IMG/VR virus record: IMGVR_UViG_3300027604_000052
Direction: 5' to 3' (one strand)
Length of the DNA: 18,157 bases
Origin: a virus
The notes beneath the pieces are model-generated. The model was given only the letters and a program-made list of their open reading frames with translations. It had not been told where the DNA came from and ran no database searches. Below are positions 7,162 through 13,679 of this stretch, one piece after another (position 1 is the stretch's first letter; every line of letters starts with the position of its first letter). Both the position numbers and the translations under genes were made by a program.

Positions 7162-7485
7162 TCATCGACGTTTTTTGCCCTTGTAGAATCCGAGCGCGAC
7201 GGTCCGGTAATCGAGCGCCGCACGTTTGCCGCGCGCGGTGAGCTTGAAGTAGATCCTCGGACGGCCGCCTCGTTTCGGGTCCTGTTTGCGAACGCGCGAC
7301 GCCAGGAGTCCTTCGTCCTCCATGCTTCGGAGCACGGGGTAGATGCTGCCCTGGTAGAAACGGATTTTCTTGCCCGCCTTGGTGTTCATCTTACGTTTCA
7401 GGCGGTCGAGCATCTCGAGCCCGTAGCACTCGCCCCCGAGGAGCGACTGAAGCACTACTGCCCGACTGGTGAACGGTGATTGCAT
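7162..7485 (-). CDS. PadR-family transcriptional regulator, 107 aa
   Basis: LLGGECYGLEMLDRL...FYQGSIYPVLRSMEDEGLLASRVRKQDPKRGGRPRIYFKLTARG matches the PadR winged-helix consensus (xGYEL...GtLYPaLxrLEeeGlv...GrpRkyYrLTeaG). Confidence 0.85.
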   Translation of the reverse strand: MQSPFTSRAVVLQSLLGGECYGLEMLDRLKRKMNTKAGKKIRFYQGSIYPVLRSMEDEGLLASRVRKQDPKRGGRPRIYFKLTARGKRAALDYRTVALGFYKGKKRR

Positions 7486-7509
7486 CCGACCGACGATAGT
7501 TCCGGATCC

Positions 7510-7526
7510 CGAGGATTGCAACCTCG
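7510..7526 (-). promoter_or_regulatory. Imperfect palindrome CGAGGATTGCAACCTCG about 25 nt upstream of the padR start. Candidate PadR operator overlapping a -35-like TTGCAA-N17-TATCGT
   Basis: Inverted repeat seen in the sequence. Its position relative to padR and the promoter-like spacing are the basis. Confidence 0.35.
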
Positions 7527-7540
7527 AAAACAAAGAAAAC

Positions 7541-7870
7541 TTACGGGCAGACCGCCTGGTCGTAGCCCTCGTCCTTGCACTCATGATGCAGAAGGTGGTC
7601 TTCGCACTTCTCGCCGGTCTTCATGAACATGACCTCGCAGACTTCGTTCCCGACGCGCACATACCTCTTCGCGGGTTTGGGCGGGTTCACGATGACGAGG
7701 ACGACCACGACCCAGATCGGCGATAGGACGATCAGGAGCTGCATCCAGTACGGCATCCAGCGTGGAAAGGCGTCAGGATCGGGCCGATGGCAGAGGCACG
7801 TCTGCTTGCAAGGACAGTTTCGTTCCCTCTCTTCTCCGCGCTCTCGTGCGCGTCTCAGCATACCGAGCAT
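7541..7870 (-). CDS. Hypothetical small membrane protein, 109 aa, with a Cys-rich N-term (CPCKQTCLCH), one transmembrane segment (WMQLLIVLSPIWVVVVLVIV) and a Cys/His-rich C-term
   Basis: Track ORF. GGGGGAGG lies 4-5 nt upstream of the ATG. GC3 is lower in the N-terminal part, so the start could instead be at 7756. Confidence 0.5.
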   Translation of the reverse strand: MLGMLRRARERGEERERNCPCKQTCLCHRPDPDAFPRWMPYWMQLLIVLSPIWVVVVLVIVNPPKPAKRYVRVGNEVCEVMFMKTGEKCEDHLLHHECKDEGYDQAVCP

Positions 7871-7885
7871 CAGACCTCCCCCATC

Positions 7886-8239
7886 TCAATAGGCCCGCTG
7901 CCACTCGCGCAGGTAGCAGCTCGCCTCGGGCGCCGACAGCGCGCTGTCCGTGAGCGGCGTGATGCGGACCACGAGGCCGCCGTCTTGATTTTTGACGTCC
8001 ATCACGAAGTTCATCGCAGCGCTCGTGCGACCGTCCTGGAACTTGATCCAACCCGTCCAAGCGTGGTGCCCACGACCCCGAGCGTAGGTCATGGAGGAAA
8101 ACTTGGCGTCCGGGTGGAAGCACTGGAGGAGGCGGGGCCCGAAACCCTCCGCGTCGTCGGCGTGGACGGACGCCGGCAGCGCGACAACGGCCGCCGCAAG
8201 GAGGAAGGAGACCAGGAACTTTTTGCCGGTGTTCGTCAT
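7886..8239 (-). CDS. Hypothetical secreted protein, 117 aa, with a Sec-type signal peptide (MTNTGKKFLVSFLLAAAVVALPASVHA) and two Cys
   Basis: Track ORF with a clear signal peptide. Its ATG directly follows the stop of the RHH gene (TAAATG). Confidence 0.6.
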   Translation of the reverse strand: MTNTGKKFLVSFLLAAAVVALPASVHADDAEGFGPRLLQCFHPDAKFSSMTYARGRGHHAWTGWIKFQDGRTSAAMNFVMDVKNQDGGLVVRITPLTDSALSAPEASCYLREWQRAY

Positions 8240-8464
8240 TTAGCTTTTGTAGCTACGTTGTAGCCCGCCGTCAAGACCGTCAAGACTCACTTTCAACCGC
8301 ATCGCGTGACGGATCCACTCCGAGACCGTAGTGAAATTAGCTTTCTGTGCCGCGCACTGCCACTTCTCCCACTCGTCCTCCGAGACGCGGACCCTCACGG
8401 TGTGATCGAGGTTCGCTCTCCCGCTCTTGGGCTCGCTCTTGGGCTCTTTAGCCTTCTTCCGCAT
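8240..8464 (-). CDS. Ribbon-helix-helix (CopG/MobC-like) DNA-binding protein, 74 aa
   Basis: TVRVRVSEDEWEKWQCAAQKANFTTVSEWIRHAM fits the RHH pattern (beta-strand xVRLTxEE ... helix ... SEyIRxA). Internal ATG of track ORF 8240..8527. Confidence 0.55.
   Translation of the reverse strand: MRKKAKEPKSEPKSGRANLDHTVRVRVSEDEWEKWQCAAQKANFTTVSEWIRHAMRLKVSLDGLDGGLQRSYKS
8245..8264 (+). repeat. Copy 1 of the 20-bp motif TTTTGTAGCTACGTTGTAGC. It lies inside the 3' end of the RHH gene and immediately upstream of the secreted-protein gene
   Basis: Exact 20-mer shared with 8544..8563. It contains the palindrome GTAGCTAC. Confidence 0.6.
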
Positions 8465-8466
8465 GC

Positions 8467-8486
8467 GCCACAACGTAGCCACAAAA
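8467..8486 (-). repeat. Copy 2 (inverted, variant: TTTTGTGGCTACGTTGTGGC) of the 20-bp motif, ending 2 nt upstream of the RHH start codon
   Basis: 18 of 20 positions match, in the opposite orientation. It overlaps a -10-like TACGTT. Confidence 0.55.
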
Positions 8487-8543
8487 ATACCGCCCCGCAA
8501 GACCCGGCTCGAGATAATTGCCCGCACCCCTGGCGCCCTCAGA

Positions 8544-8563
8544 TTTTGTAGCTACGTTGTAGC
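8544..8563 (+). repeat. Copy 3 of the 20-bp motif TTTTGTAGCTACGTTGTAGC, in the divergent intergenic region about 40 nt upstream of the plus-strand gene
   Basis: Exact copy. Confidence 0.6.
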
Positions 8564-8600
8564 TCGACAGACCGCAAAGCGGTCAGGAAAGACGGAAAAC

Positions 8601-8879
8601 ATGATCATCCAGAAAGCATTCCTCGCCCTCGCCATGGTGGCAGGCGTCTCGGCAGTCACGCTCACCCCCGCCGTCGCGGAGGCTCGAGGCGGCCATGGCG
8701 GTGGCCACTTCAGTGGCGACCATTCCAGCAGCGCCCATTACGGCGCAGGTCACTCTTACGGCGGGCACTACGGCTATCGCACTCCCTACGGCTACGGCTA
8801 CCGTCCGTACTTCAGCGGCTGCGCGTACGTGACGGCGTGGGGTCAGTGCGTCCGGCCAGGCTACCGATACGGCTGGTAA
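8601..8879 (+). CDS. Small secreted Gly/His/Tyr-rich peptide, 92 aa, with a signal peptide (MIIQKAFLALAMVAGVSAVTLTPAVAEA) and a C-terminal CxxxxxxxxC pair
   Basis: Internal ATG of track ORF 8427..8879 with very high GC3. It is the only convincing plus-strand gene. It is divergent from the RHH gene and convergent with the gene at 8965..9369. Confidence 0.65.
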   Translation: MIIQKAFLALAMVAGVSAVTLTPAVAEARGGHGGGHFSGDHSSSAHYGAGHSYGGHYGYRTPYGYGYRPYFSGCAYVTAWGQCVRPGYRYGW

Positions 8880-8964
8880 ATCGACGTCGATCCCAAAGAA
8901 AAAACGCAACAACCGGTGCTCGCCACCCCCTGTTAAGAGTAGAGGCTCTGACGGATAGCTCCGC

Positions 8965-9369
8965 TCATCCCGATTCCTTCTCCGTAACCAACGGCAACTC
9001 GATATTTTTCCGGCGCTCGATCTCGAGGAGGATGGCAGCGTGGGCTCGCACCCAGTCACCCTTGCGCATCAGCCTGCAACTCATGAAGATTGGGTAACCG
9101 TTGACCGAGCGCGGCCCCTGCGCGTCGAGGTACTCGTAGACGACCCCGATGTCCGCGATGTCCTCGGGCGTGTAGCCGTCGAGCGCGCCAAACGCGAGGG
9201 GCATGAAGATCGTCTTCATCATGTCGAGGTCACTCGCGGGTAAATGGTTCGACGTGAAGATCTGCCCGCTCGCGAAGTCGTCCACGAACTTGCGCAGCTC
9301 GTCGTCCGTGAGGCGCACGAGCTTGTGGTCGCCCGGCTTCACCTGCTCTTTGGTCTCGCTCGCGCTCAC
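8965..9369 (-). CDS. Hypothetical protein, 134 aa
   Basis: Track ORF. Its GTG start overlaps the upstream stop (GTGA). Acidic composition typical of coding sequence. Confidence 0.55.
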   Translation of the reverse strand: MSASETKEQVKPGDHKLVRLTDDELRKFVDDFASGQIFTSNHLPASDLDMMKTIFMPLAFGALDGYTPEDIADIGVVYEYLDAQGPRSVNGYPIFMSCRLMRKGDWVRAHAAILLEIERRKNIELPLVTEKESG

Positions 9370-9857
9370 GGCGACGCCTGAAGAATGGGTGGCGTCAAAG
9401 GGCTCGTCGACAACGCTTCGAAGGCGTCAAGACGAACACAGCCTTCGTCATCATCCAGATCCCCGACGTACCATTCGCACGAACGGTGGGAGAAGATGGC
9501 GATGATCGGCGTGCCTTTGTACCGGATCCAGTAATATCCCTCCGGCCGGAGGGTCCGCTTCGCTTGCAGCTCGACCTCCCACTCCCGCTGCCTCTCCGCG
9601 TGGTCGGTTCGGGACTTCGCCTCCATGGCGATCTGCTCATCGCAGTCCTTGGACTCCACCACGCGCACGGCCCCGTGAGGGCCGTAGCAAGCCTTCGACC
9701 TCAGCGGCGAGTCCTTCAAAAGCTCGACCTGCTTTCCCATCCCGCACTTGCCGATGCACTTGTACGTTTGGGTGGGCTCAGTGCCCGGCATGTTTCCGTT
9801 GATCGTGTTCGTCGGCACCCAGTTGTCGGGGTTCGTGTGATCGACATTTTCGCTCAT
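9366..9857 (-). CDS. Hypothetical Cys-rich protein, 163 aa (YKCIGKCGMGK ... SKACYGPHG ... SHRSCEW)
   Basis: Internal ATG of track ORF 9366..10166 that overlaps the upstream stop (ATGA). The track's 103-aa Arg-rich N-term is an artifact. Confidence 0.55.
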   Translation of the reverse strand: MSENVDHTNPDNWVPTNTINGNMPGTEPTQTYKCIGKCGMGKQVELLKDSPLRSKACYGPHGAVRVVESKDCDEQIAMEAKSRTDHAERQREWEVELQAKRTLRPEGYYWIRYKGTPIIAIFSHRSCEWYVGDLDDDEGCVRLDAFEALSTSPLTPPILQASP

Positions 9858-10621
9858 GGAGAAGTAGCCCCTGAGGCGACAGTCGACCAACACCCATAGC
9901 TCGCGCACCCGACGAGCGGGCAGAGCGCGCCATGCATCTTCGGCACAAGCTCGGGCTCCGTGACGAAGCAGGCGGCGAGCTTGCACGCGATGCCGAACGT
10001 GTTGCCCGAGTGTTCCTTGTAGAGCAGGCCGACCACGCGCTTCTGCTGCTCCTCGTACGACGACCGTGCGAACGTGGCGATGGCGTCGCCGTCCTCCAGC
10101 GCCGCCGCGATTTTGATAGCCTCCTCGCAGCAGAAAAGCTCGTACGGGCCGAAGTTCCAGCCCCACTCGGGCTGCCGCATGAAGAACTCAAAGCGTGCAC
10201 GGAATTGCTCCGGCATGGCCGTGATCCGCTTCGCGGTCTCCTCGGCTTTCGTGGCCCACTCGGCTTGTTTCTTCTCGTTATCCGTCTCCACGGACAAGAG
10301 GTGCGCGGCTTGCTCCTCCTCGGCGGTCTGGTAGCGGTAAAGTCCGGCAAGCCTGACACGATCCATCGAGCGCGCCGGCAATATCGGCGTTCGCTCGACT
10401 AGCCCGATGCCGCGCACGACGTACCCGAAGCCGCGACCGAATAGGCGCAGCGTGTCGCCGGGCTCGGGTAGGCGCAGGCCGTACTCGCTGCGCACAACGA
10501 GGGAGCTTCCCTCGACGAAGTCCACAATACAGCCGTCGTCCGATTCCCTCACGGACTTCACGACCCAGTCTTTGTGCTCAGCGTCGCGCGCCGCGACGTC
10601 CATCTTGTCTTGCAGATTCAT
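9854..10621 (-). CDS. Hypothetical protein, 255 aa
   Basis: Track ORF. Coding-like composition. Confidence 0.6.
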   Translation of the reverse strand: MNLQDKMDVAARDAEHKDWVVKSVRESDDGCIVDFVEGSSLVVRSEYGLRLPEPGDTLRLFGRGFGYVVRGIGLVERTPILPARSMDRVRLAGLYRYQTAEEEQAAHLLSVETDNEKKQAEWATKAEETAKRITAMPEQFRARFEFFMRQPEWGWNFGPYELFCCEEAIKIAAALEDGDAIATFARSSYEEQQKRVVGLLYKEHSGNTFGIACKLAACFVTEPELVPKMHGALCPLVGCASYGCWSTVASGATSP

Positions 10622-10625
10622 CCGA

Positions 10626-11069
10626 TCAATTCTTTTTCTTGCGCTCGTACGCGGCCGAACGCTGCTGGATTTCGGAGAGCTTCTTCTCCGCCGACATGGC
10701 CCTCGCCAAAAGGCTCCTGAACTGGGTCCTCATGAAATCGTCGGCGTTTGTTGTCGCGCGCGCTCCGACTCCACGGATCACGACGAGACCGCGGCCATGG
10801 TGATCGAAGAGCGCGCGGCGGATCGCGGAGGCCTGGTTGTGGACGGCAAGCTCGAGAGCGCTACCGGGATTAGGAGCCCGTTCCAGGCTGAGAGTGTGTT
10901 TGGCGATCAGACTCCACTGGACGACGTGCAGCGGCAACTTCCGTGCAGCGAAATCGAGCAACGCGGCGGCGCGAGCCGCGCGACTCCTCCCGCCACGACG
11001 TTCCTTCGCTGAGTCAGGGAAAGTGAACCCCGCGAGCGTAGCTTCGAACTTTTGCTGGAACGACGGCAT
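10626..11069 (-). CDS. Hypothetical protein, 147 aa
   Basis: Track ORF with a 4-nt gap to the next gene. Confidence 0.5.
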   Translation of the reverse strand: MPSFQQKFEATLAGFTFPDSAKERRGGRSRAARAAALLDFAARKLPLHVVQWSLIAKHTLSLERAPNPGSALELAVHNQASAIRRALFDHHGRGLVVIRGVGARATTNADDFMRTQFRSLLARAMSAEKKLSEIQQRSAAYERKKKN

Positions 11070-11072
11070 GAA

Positions 11073-11315
11073 CTAAGTCTTCTCGGCCGGATGCCGCTCG
11101 CGTCCGCACCTGCGGCACTTGAAGTCCGAGACGACGGGCGTTCCTCCGATGGTCTGGGGAAGCGGAGGAAGCATCCCGGCGTGACCGGCATGCACGTAGT
11201 CGTGGCCCCACGTTTTGCAGCACAGCTCCGCTTGCTGCTGCACGTGCTCAGCACTCGCTGGCTGGTCGGACATGAGATGGGTCAAGAAAAGCTTCTCGCG
11301 AAAATCCGTCGTCAT
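11073..11315 (-). CDS. Hypothetical zinc-binding protein, 80 aa (CCKTWGHDYVHAGHAGM ... CRRCG)
   Basis: Internal ATG of track ORF 11073..11348 with GGAGAGG 9-15 nt upstream. Confidence 0.5.
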   Translation of the reverse strand: MTTDFREKLFLTHLMSDQPASAEHVQQQAELCCKTWGHDYVHAGHAGMLPPLPQTIGGTPVVSDFKCRRCGRERHPAEKT

Positions 11316-11408
11316 GATGAGCACCTCTCCACAAGTTCCAAGTCCCAAGCGATGGGAGGCTCACGCCTCTGGCGCTCGGCACGCCTATCGAGTTCAACCC
11401 GATGATCC

Positions 11409-11729
11409 TCATCCCGACCTTCCTAACCGATCGAGATTCACAAGGAGCCAGGAGCGCTCCCCTTCATCCATGAACCACGGAAACGCTTTCGCCTTGGACC
11501 CGGTCTTAGTCATCGCCATGTCGAGACCATCGCCCCATACGAGGAGCTGCGGGCGACCGGTCGCGTCGTTCTCCGTCCGACACCACCAACGATCGCCTTC
11601 GTCACTCGTGTACATCGACTGGAATTCCTCAGGATTACTCGGGACTTCTCCTTTTTTGTATTCCCAATCCCTGAGTATGGCCTTCTTCACCTTCGCGAAC
11701 ACAGACGGTACGGGCGCCTTCGCCTTCAC
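11409..11729 (-). CDS. Hypothetical protein, 106 aa
   Basis: Track ORF. Its GTG start overlaps the upstream stop (GTGA). Confidence 0.5.
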   Translation of the reverse strand: MKAKAPVPSVFAKVKKAILRDWEYKKGEVPSNPEEFQSMYTSDEGDRWWCRTENDATGRPQLLVWGDGLDMAMTKTGSKAKAFPWFMDEGERSWLLVNLDRLGRSG

Positions 11730-12046
11730 AGTGACCCCGTCGCGAGCATGTTGATGCGCTTGCAGAAGAGGAGCGCCTCGGCCTCATTGCCGAACCCGAT
11801 CTCCTCGCCGTCCACGTCGGCCTTCGAGAAGACCGCGGGCCCGACGATGCACTCACCGTCGAGCACGAAGTTGAGCGGCAGCTCCTTCGAGAGGCCATCG
11901 TCGTCCACGTAGCCGTGGACGTCCGGCGTGAGCTTGATCCCGCAGAGGTACCCGCCGTCGAGGAGGTGCTGGAGCGACTCGAGCGAGTTCTCGATCGTGA
12001 CGACCTCCGCGGGGAGCGCGGGCCTCTTGTGAACGACCCGGATCAT
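11726..12046 (-). CDS. Hypothetical acidic protein, 106 aa
   Basis: Track ORF. Its ATG overlaps the upstream stop (ATGA). Confidence 0.55.
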   Translation of the reverse strand: MIRVVHKRPALPAEVVTIENSLESLQHLLDGGYLCGIKLTPDVHGYVDDDGLSKELPLNFVLDGECIVGPAVFSKADVDGEEIGFGNEAEALLFCKRINMLATGSL

Positions 12047-12432
12047 CGGGTTTCAGGCTCCCCGATCGCCGCGCAACCTGCAGGCGTGAGCTTGTACGAC
12101 CACCGGTACTGCGCCGTCTTTCGCCCCGCCGACATCGAGTACATCTCCCATCGACGTTCGAGGAGACCGAGCCGGCCCATCTCGAAGGCGAAGTTCTCCT
12201 GCGACGCTGTCTTCGGGAACTCGTGCTCGTGCGAGAAGAGCCGAAGCCGCCGGAGGTCGGATTTCGTCAGCTCCATCTTCTTCGTGCTCGTCGCCACCGT
12301 CATCACGCCGCCGCCTCCATTCTTGACATACTTTCGTACCGTCACCTTGCCGTCAATAGGTAACGCATCACCGCTTCTCTGGTCGAACTCTCGCACTCTG
12401 GCTTCCGTGATTTCTTTCGGTTCATCGCTCAT
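12043..12432 (-). CDS. Hypothetical protein, 129 aa
   Basis: Internal ATG of track ORF 12043..12684 with AGGAGAGG about 10 nt upstream. The track's 84-aa Arg/Ala-rich N-term is an artifact. Confidence 0.6.
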   Translation of the reverse strand: MSDEPKEITEARVREFDQRSGDALPIDGKVTVRKYVKNGGGGVMTVATSTKKMELTKSDLRRLRLFSHEHEFPKTASQENFAFEMGRLGLLERRWEMYSMSAGRKTAQYRWSYKLTPAGCAAIGEPETR

Positions 12433-12455
12433 GATCGCGATCCTCTCCTGGACGC

Positions 12456-12776
12456 TCACCAAATGCCGGGTGCTCTCAAGCAATGCTCGAAGTGATCGAT
12501 CGCGATGGACAGCTCGCACTTGTCGTCGTGGAGATCCTGCCGCTGCTTGTCCTTGGGGGGCTTGTCGGGACTCCACTTGGGCGGGCTCCCGCAGACGGGG
12601 CACGCGCCCTGCCCCGCGAACATCTCGACGGCTCGCAAAAGCGTGAGCATGCGCGCGTTGCGCCTGGTGCGCACCTCCGCCCACCGGGCCTCGGTCTCCT
12701 GAATCGCGAGGACAGTTTGGCCGATGCGATCAGCGGAATCTACAAGAGCTTCCAACGCCTTCGCATGAAGATTCAT
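12456..12776 (-). CDS. Hypothetical zinc-ribbon-like protein, 106 aa (CPVCG ... CELSIAIDHFEHC)
   Basis: Track ORF. Its start ATG overlaps the upstream stop (TGATG); a GTG at 12779 is an alternative. Confidence 0.5.
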   Translation of the reverse strand: MNLHAKALEALVDSADRIGQTVLAIQETEARWAEVRTRRNARMLTLLRAVEMFAGQGACPVCGSPPKWSPDKPPKDKQRQDLHDDKCELSIAIDHFEHCLRAPGIW

Positions 12777-12988
12777 CACGAACTCGCCGTGTAGCGCCGG
12801 TCGAGCGAACCGAGGAACTTGGCGATCTCGCCGAGCAGCTTCGCCTGGGCTTGGGCCGCGTTCGGCGCCCCGGCGGCATGAAGCTCGTCGCTGATGATGT
12901 CCCGCGCGAGGACGAGCAGGCGAATGCTCCTCTTCTGCTGCGCGCCGGTGAACATGACCATCGGGTCATTCTTCTTCCGCGCCCTCAT
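12776..12988 (-). CDS. Hypothetical protein, 70 aa
   Basis: Internal ATG of track ORF 12776..13180 that overlaps the upstream stop (ATGA). Confidence 0.45.
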   Translation of the reverse strand: MRARKKNDPMVMFTGAQQKRSIRLLVLARDIISDELHAAGAPNAAQAQAKLLGEIAKFLGSLDRRYTASS

Positions 12989-13323
12989 AGCCCGAGCTTC
13001 TTTCGACGCTCGAGCCAGTCCTTCTCGAACTCGTCCTTCGCCTTCTCGACGCGCTTCGCCTGCGCCCTCCAGCCCGTCACCTCCGCCTTGAGCGCCGCGA
13101 TCGTCTTCTTGTGCTTCTGCGCGATGATCTTCGCAGCTTTCGTCACCGCCGCGCGGAGGATGGGCGCGCACCTGTCGCACGTGTCGTTGATGCAGTGGAA
13201 CCCTGGCCGCCGATCGTCAACATCCCAACCGCCGAAATCCTCGCCCGTCGTCTGAAATCCGCCGTTGTTGTCCGGCGCCGAGCTGATCCGGTTTCCGCAT
13301 GCCCCGCAATAGACGCCCATCAT
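12985..13323 (-). CDS. Hypothetical protein with an N-terminal zinc ribbon and a C-terminal coiled coil, 112 aa (CGACG ... HCINDTCDRC)
   Basis: Internal ATG of track ORF 12985..13464 that overlaps the upstream stop (ATGA). Confidence 0.55.
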   Translation of the reverse strand: MMGVYCGACGNRISSAPDNNGGFQTTGEDFGGWDVDDRRPGFHCINDTCDRCAPILRAAVTKAAKIIAQKHKKTIAALKAEVTGWRAQAKRVEKAKDEFEKDWLERRKKLGL

Positions 13324-13679
13324 CCACGCTCTCTTTCCGGCGCAACGAGGTTCTCCCACGCGCCCTCCTTGTAGATCGTCGCCTCGACGTCCCACGGACC
13401 CGCCGTGTAGCAGCCGCCGGCCACGAAGACCTTCTTGCCCTTGTACTTCACGAGCGCGCCACACGACCCGTTGCCCTGCGCGTAGGCCGTCGCGTGCATC
13501 TTGATGTCGAGGCCGCGACCCTTGTATTTCATCGTGAGCGCCGAGTGCATGGGGCTCGACTCCTTGGCTACGACTTCGCCCTTCTGATCGACGAACTTGA
13601 GCACGCGGAGCATGAGCGCGTCGAGCGGCTTGGCCTCCTCGTCCCCCTCGTCCTCATCACGCATGCGACTCCTCGCCAT
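13320..13679 (-). CDS. Hypothetical protein, 119 aa. The start is uncertain; alternatives are at 13664 or 13613
   Basis: Track ORF. It overlaps the end of the AAA gene by 23 nt if the 13679 start is used. Confidence 0.45.
   Translation of the reverse strand: MARSRMRDEDEGDEEAKPLDALMLRVLKFVDQKGEVVAKESSPMHSALTMKYKGRGLDIKMHATAYAQGNGSCGALVKYKGKKVFVAGGCYTAGPWDVEATIYKEGAWENLVAPERERG

Noticed and set aside
7527-7545. Weak hairpin plus T-rich tract (GACC-AGGC-GGTC then GTTTTCTTTGTTTTC) after the membrane-protein gene
   Set aside because: The 4-bp stem is too short to call a terminator. It may only mark the start of the padR promoter region
8880-8964. Possible intrinsic terminator in the convergent gap (palindrome ATCGACGTCGAT followed by an A-run)
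   Set aside because: The run is A-rich, not U-rich, on the plus strand. On the minus strand the T-run precedes the stem. The order is wrong for a rho-independent terminator on either strand
8583-9059. 158-aa minus-strand ORF
   Set aside because: It is antisense to the well-supported plus-strand signal-peptide gene 8601..8879, and its product is Ala/Val/Arg-rich without features
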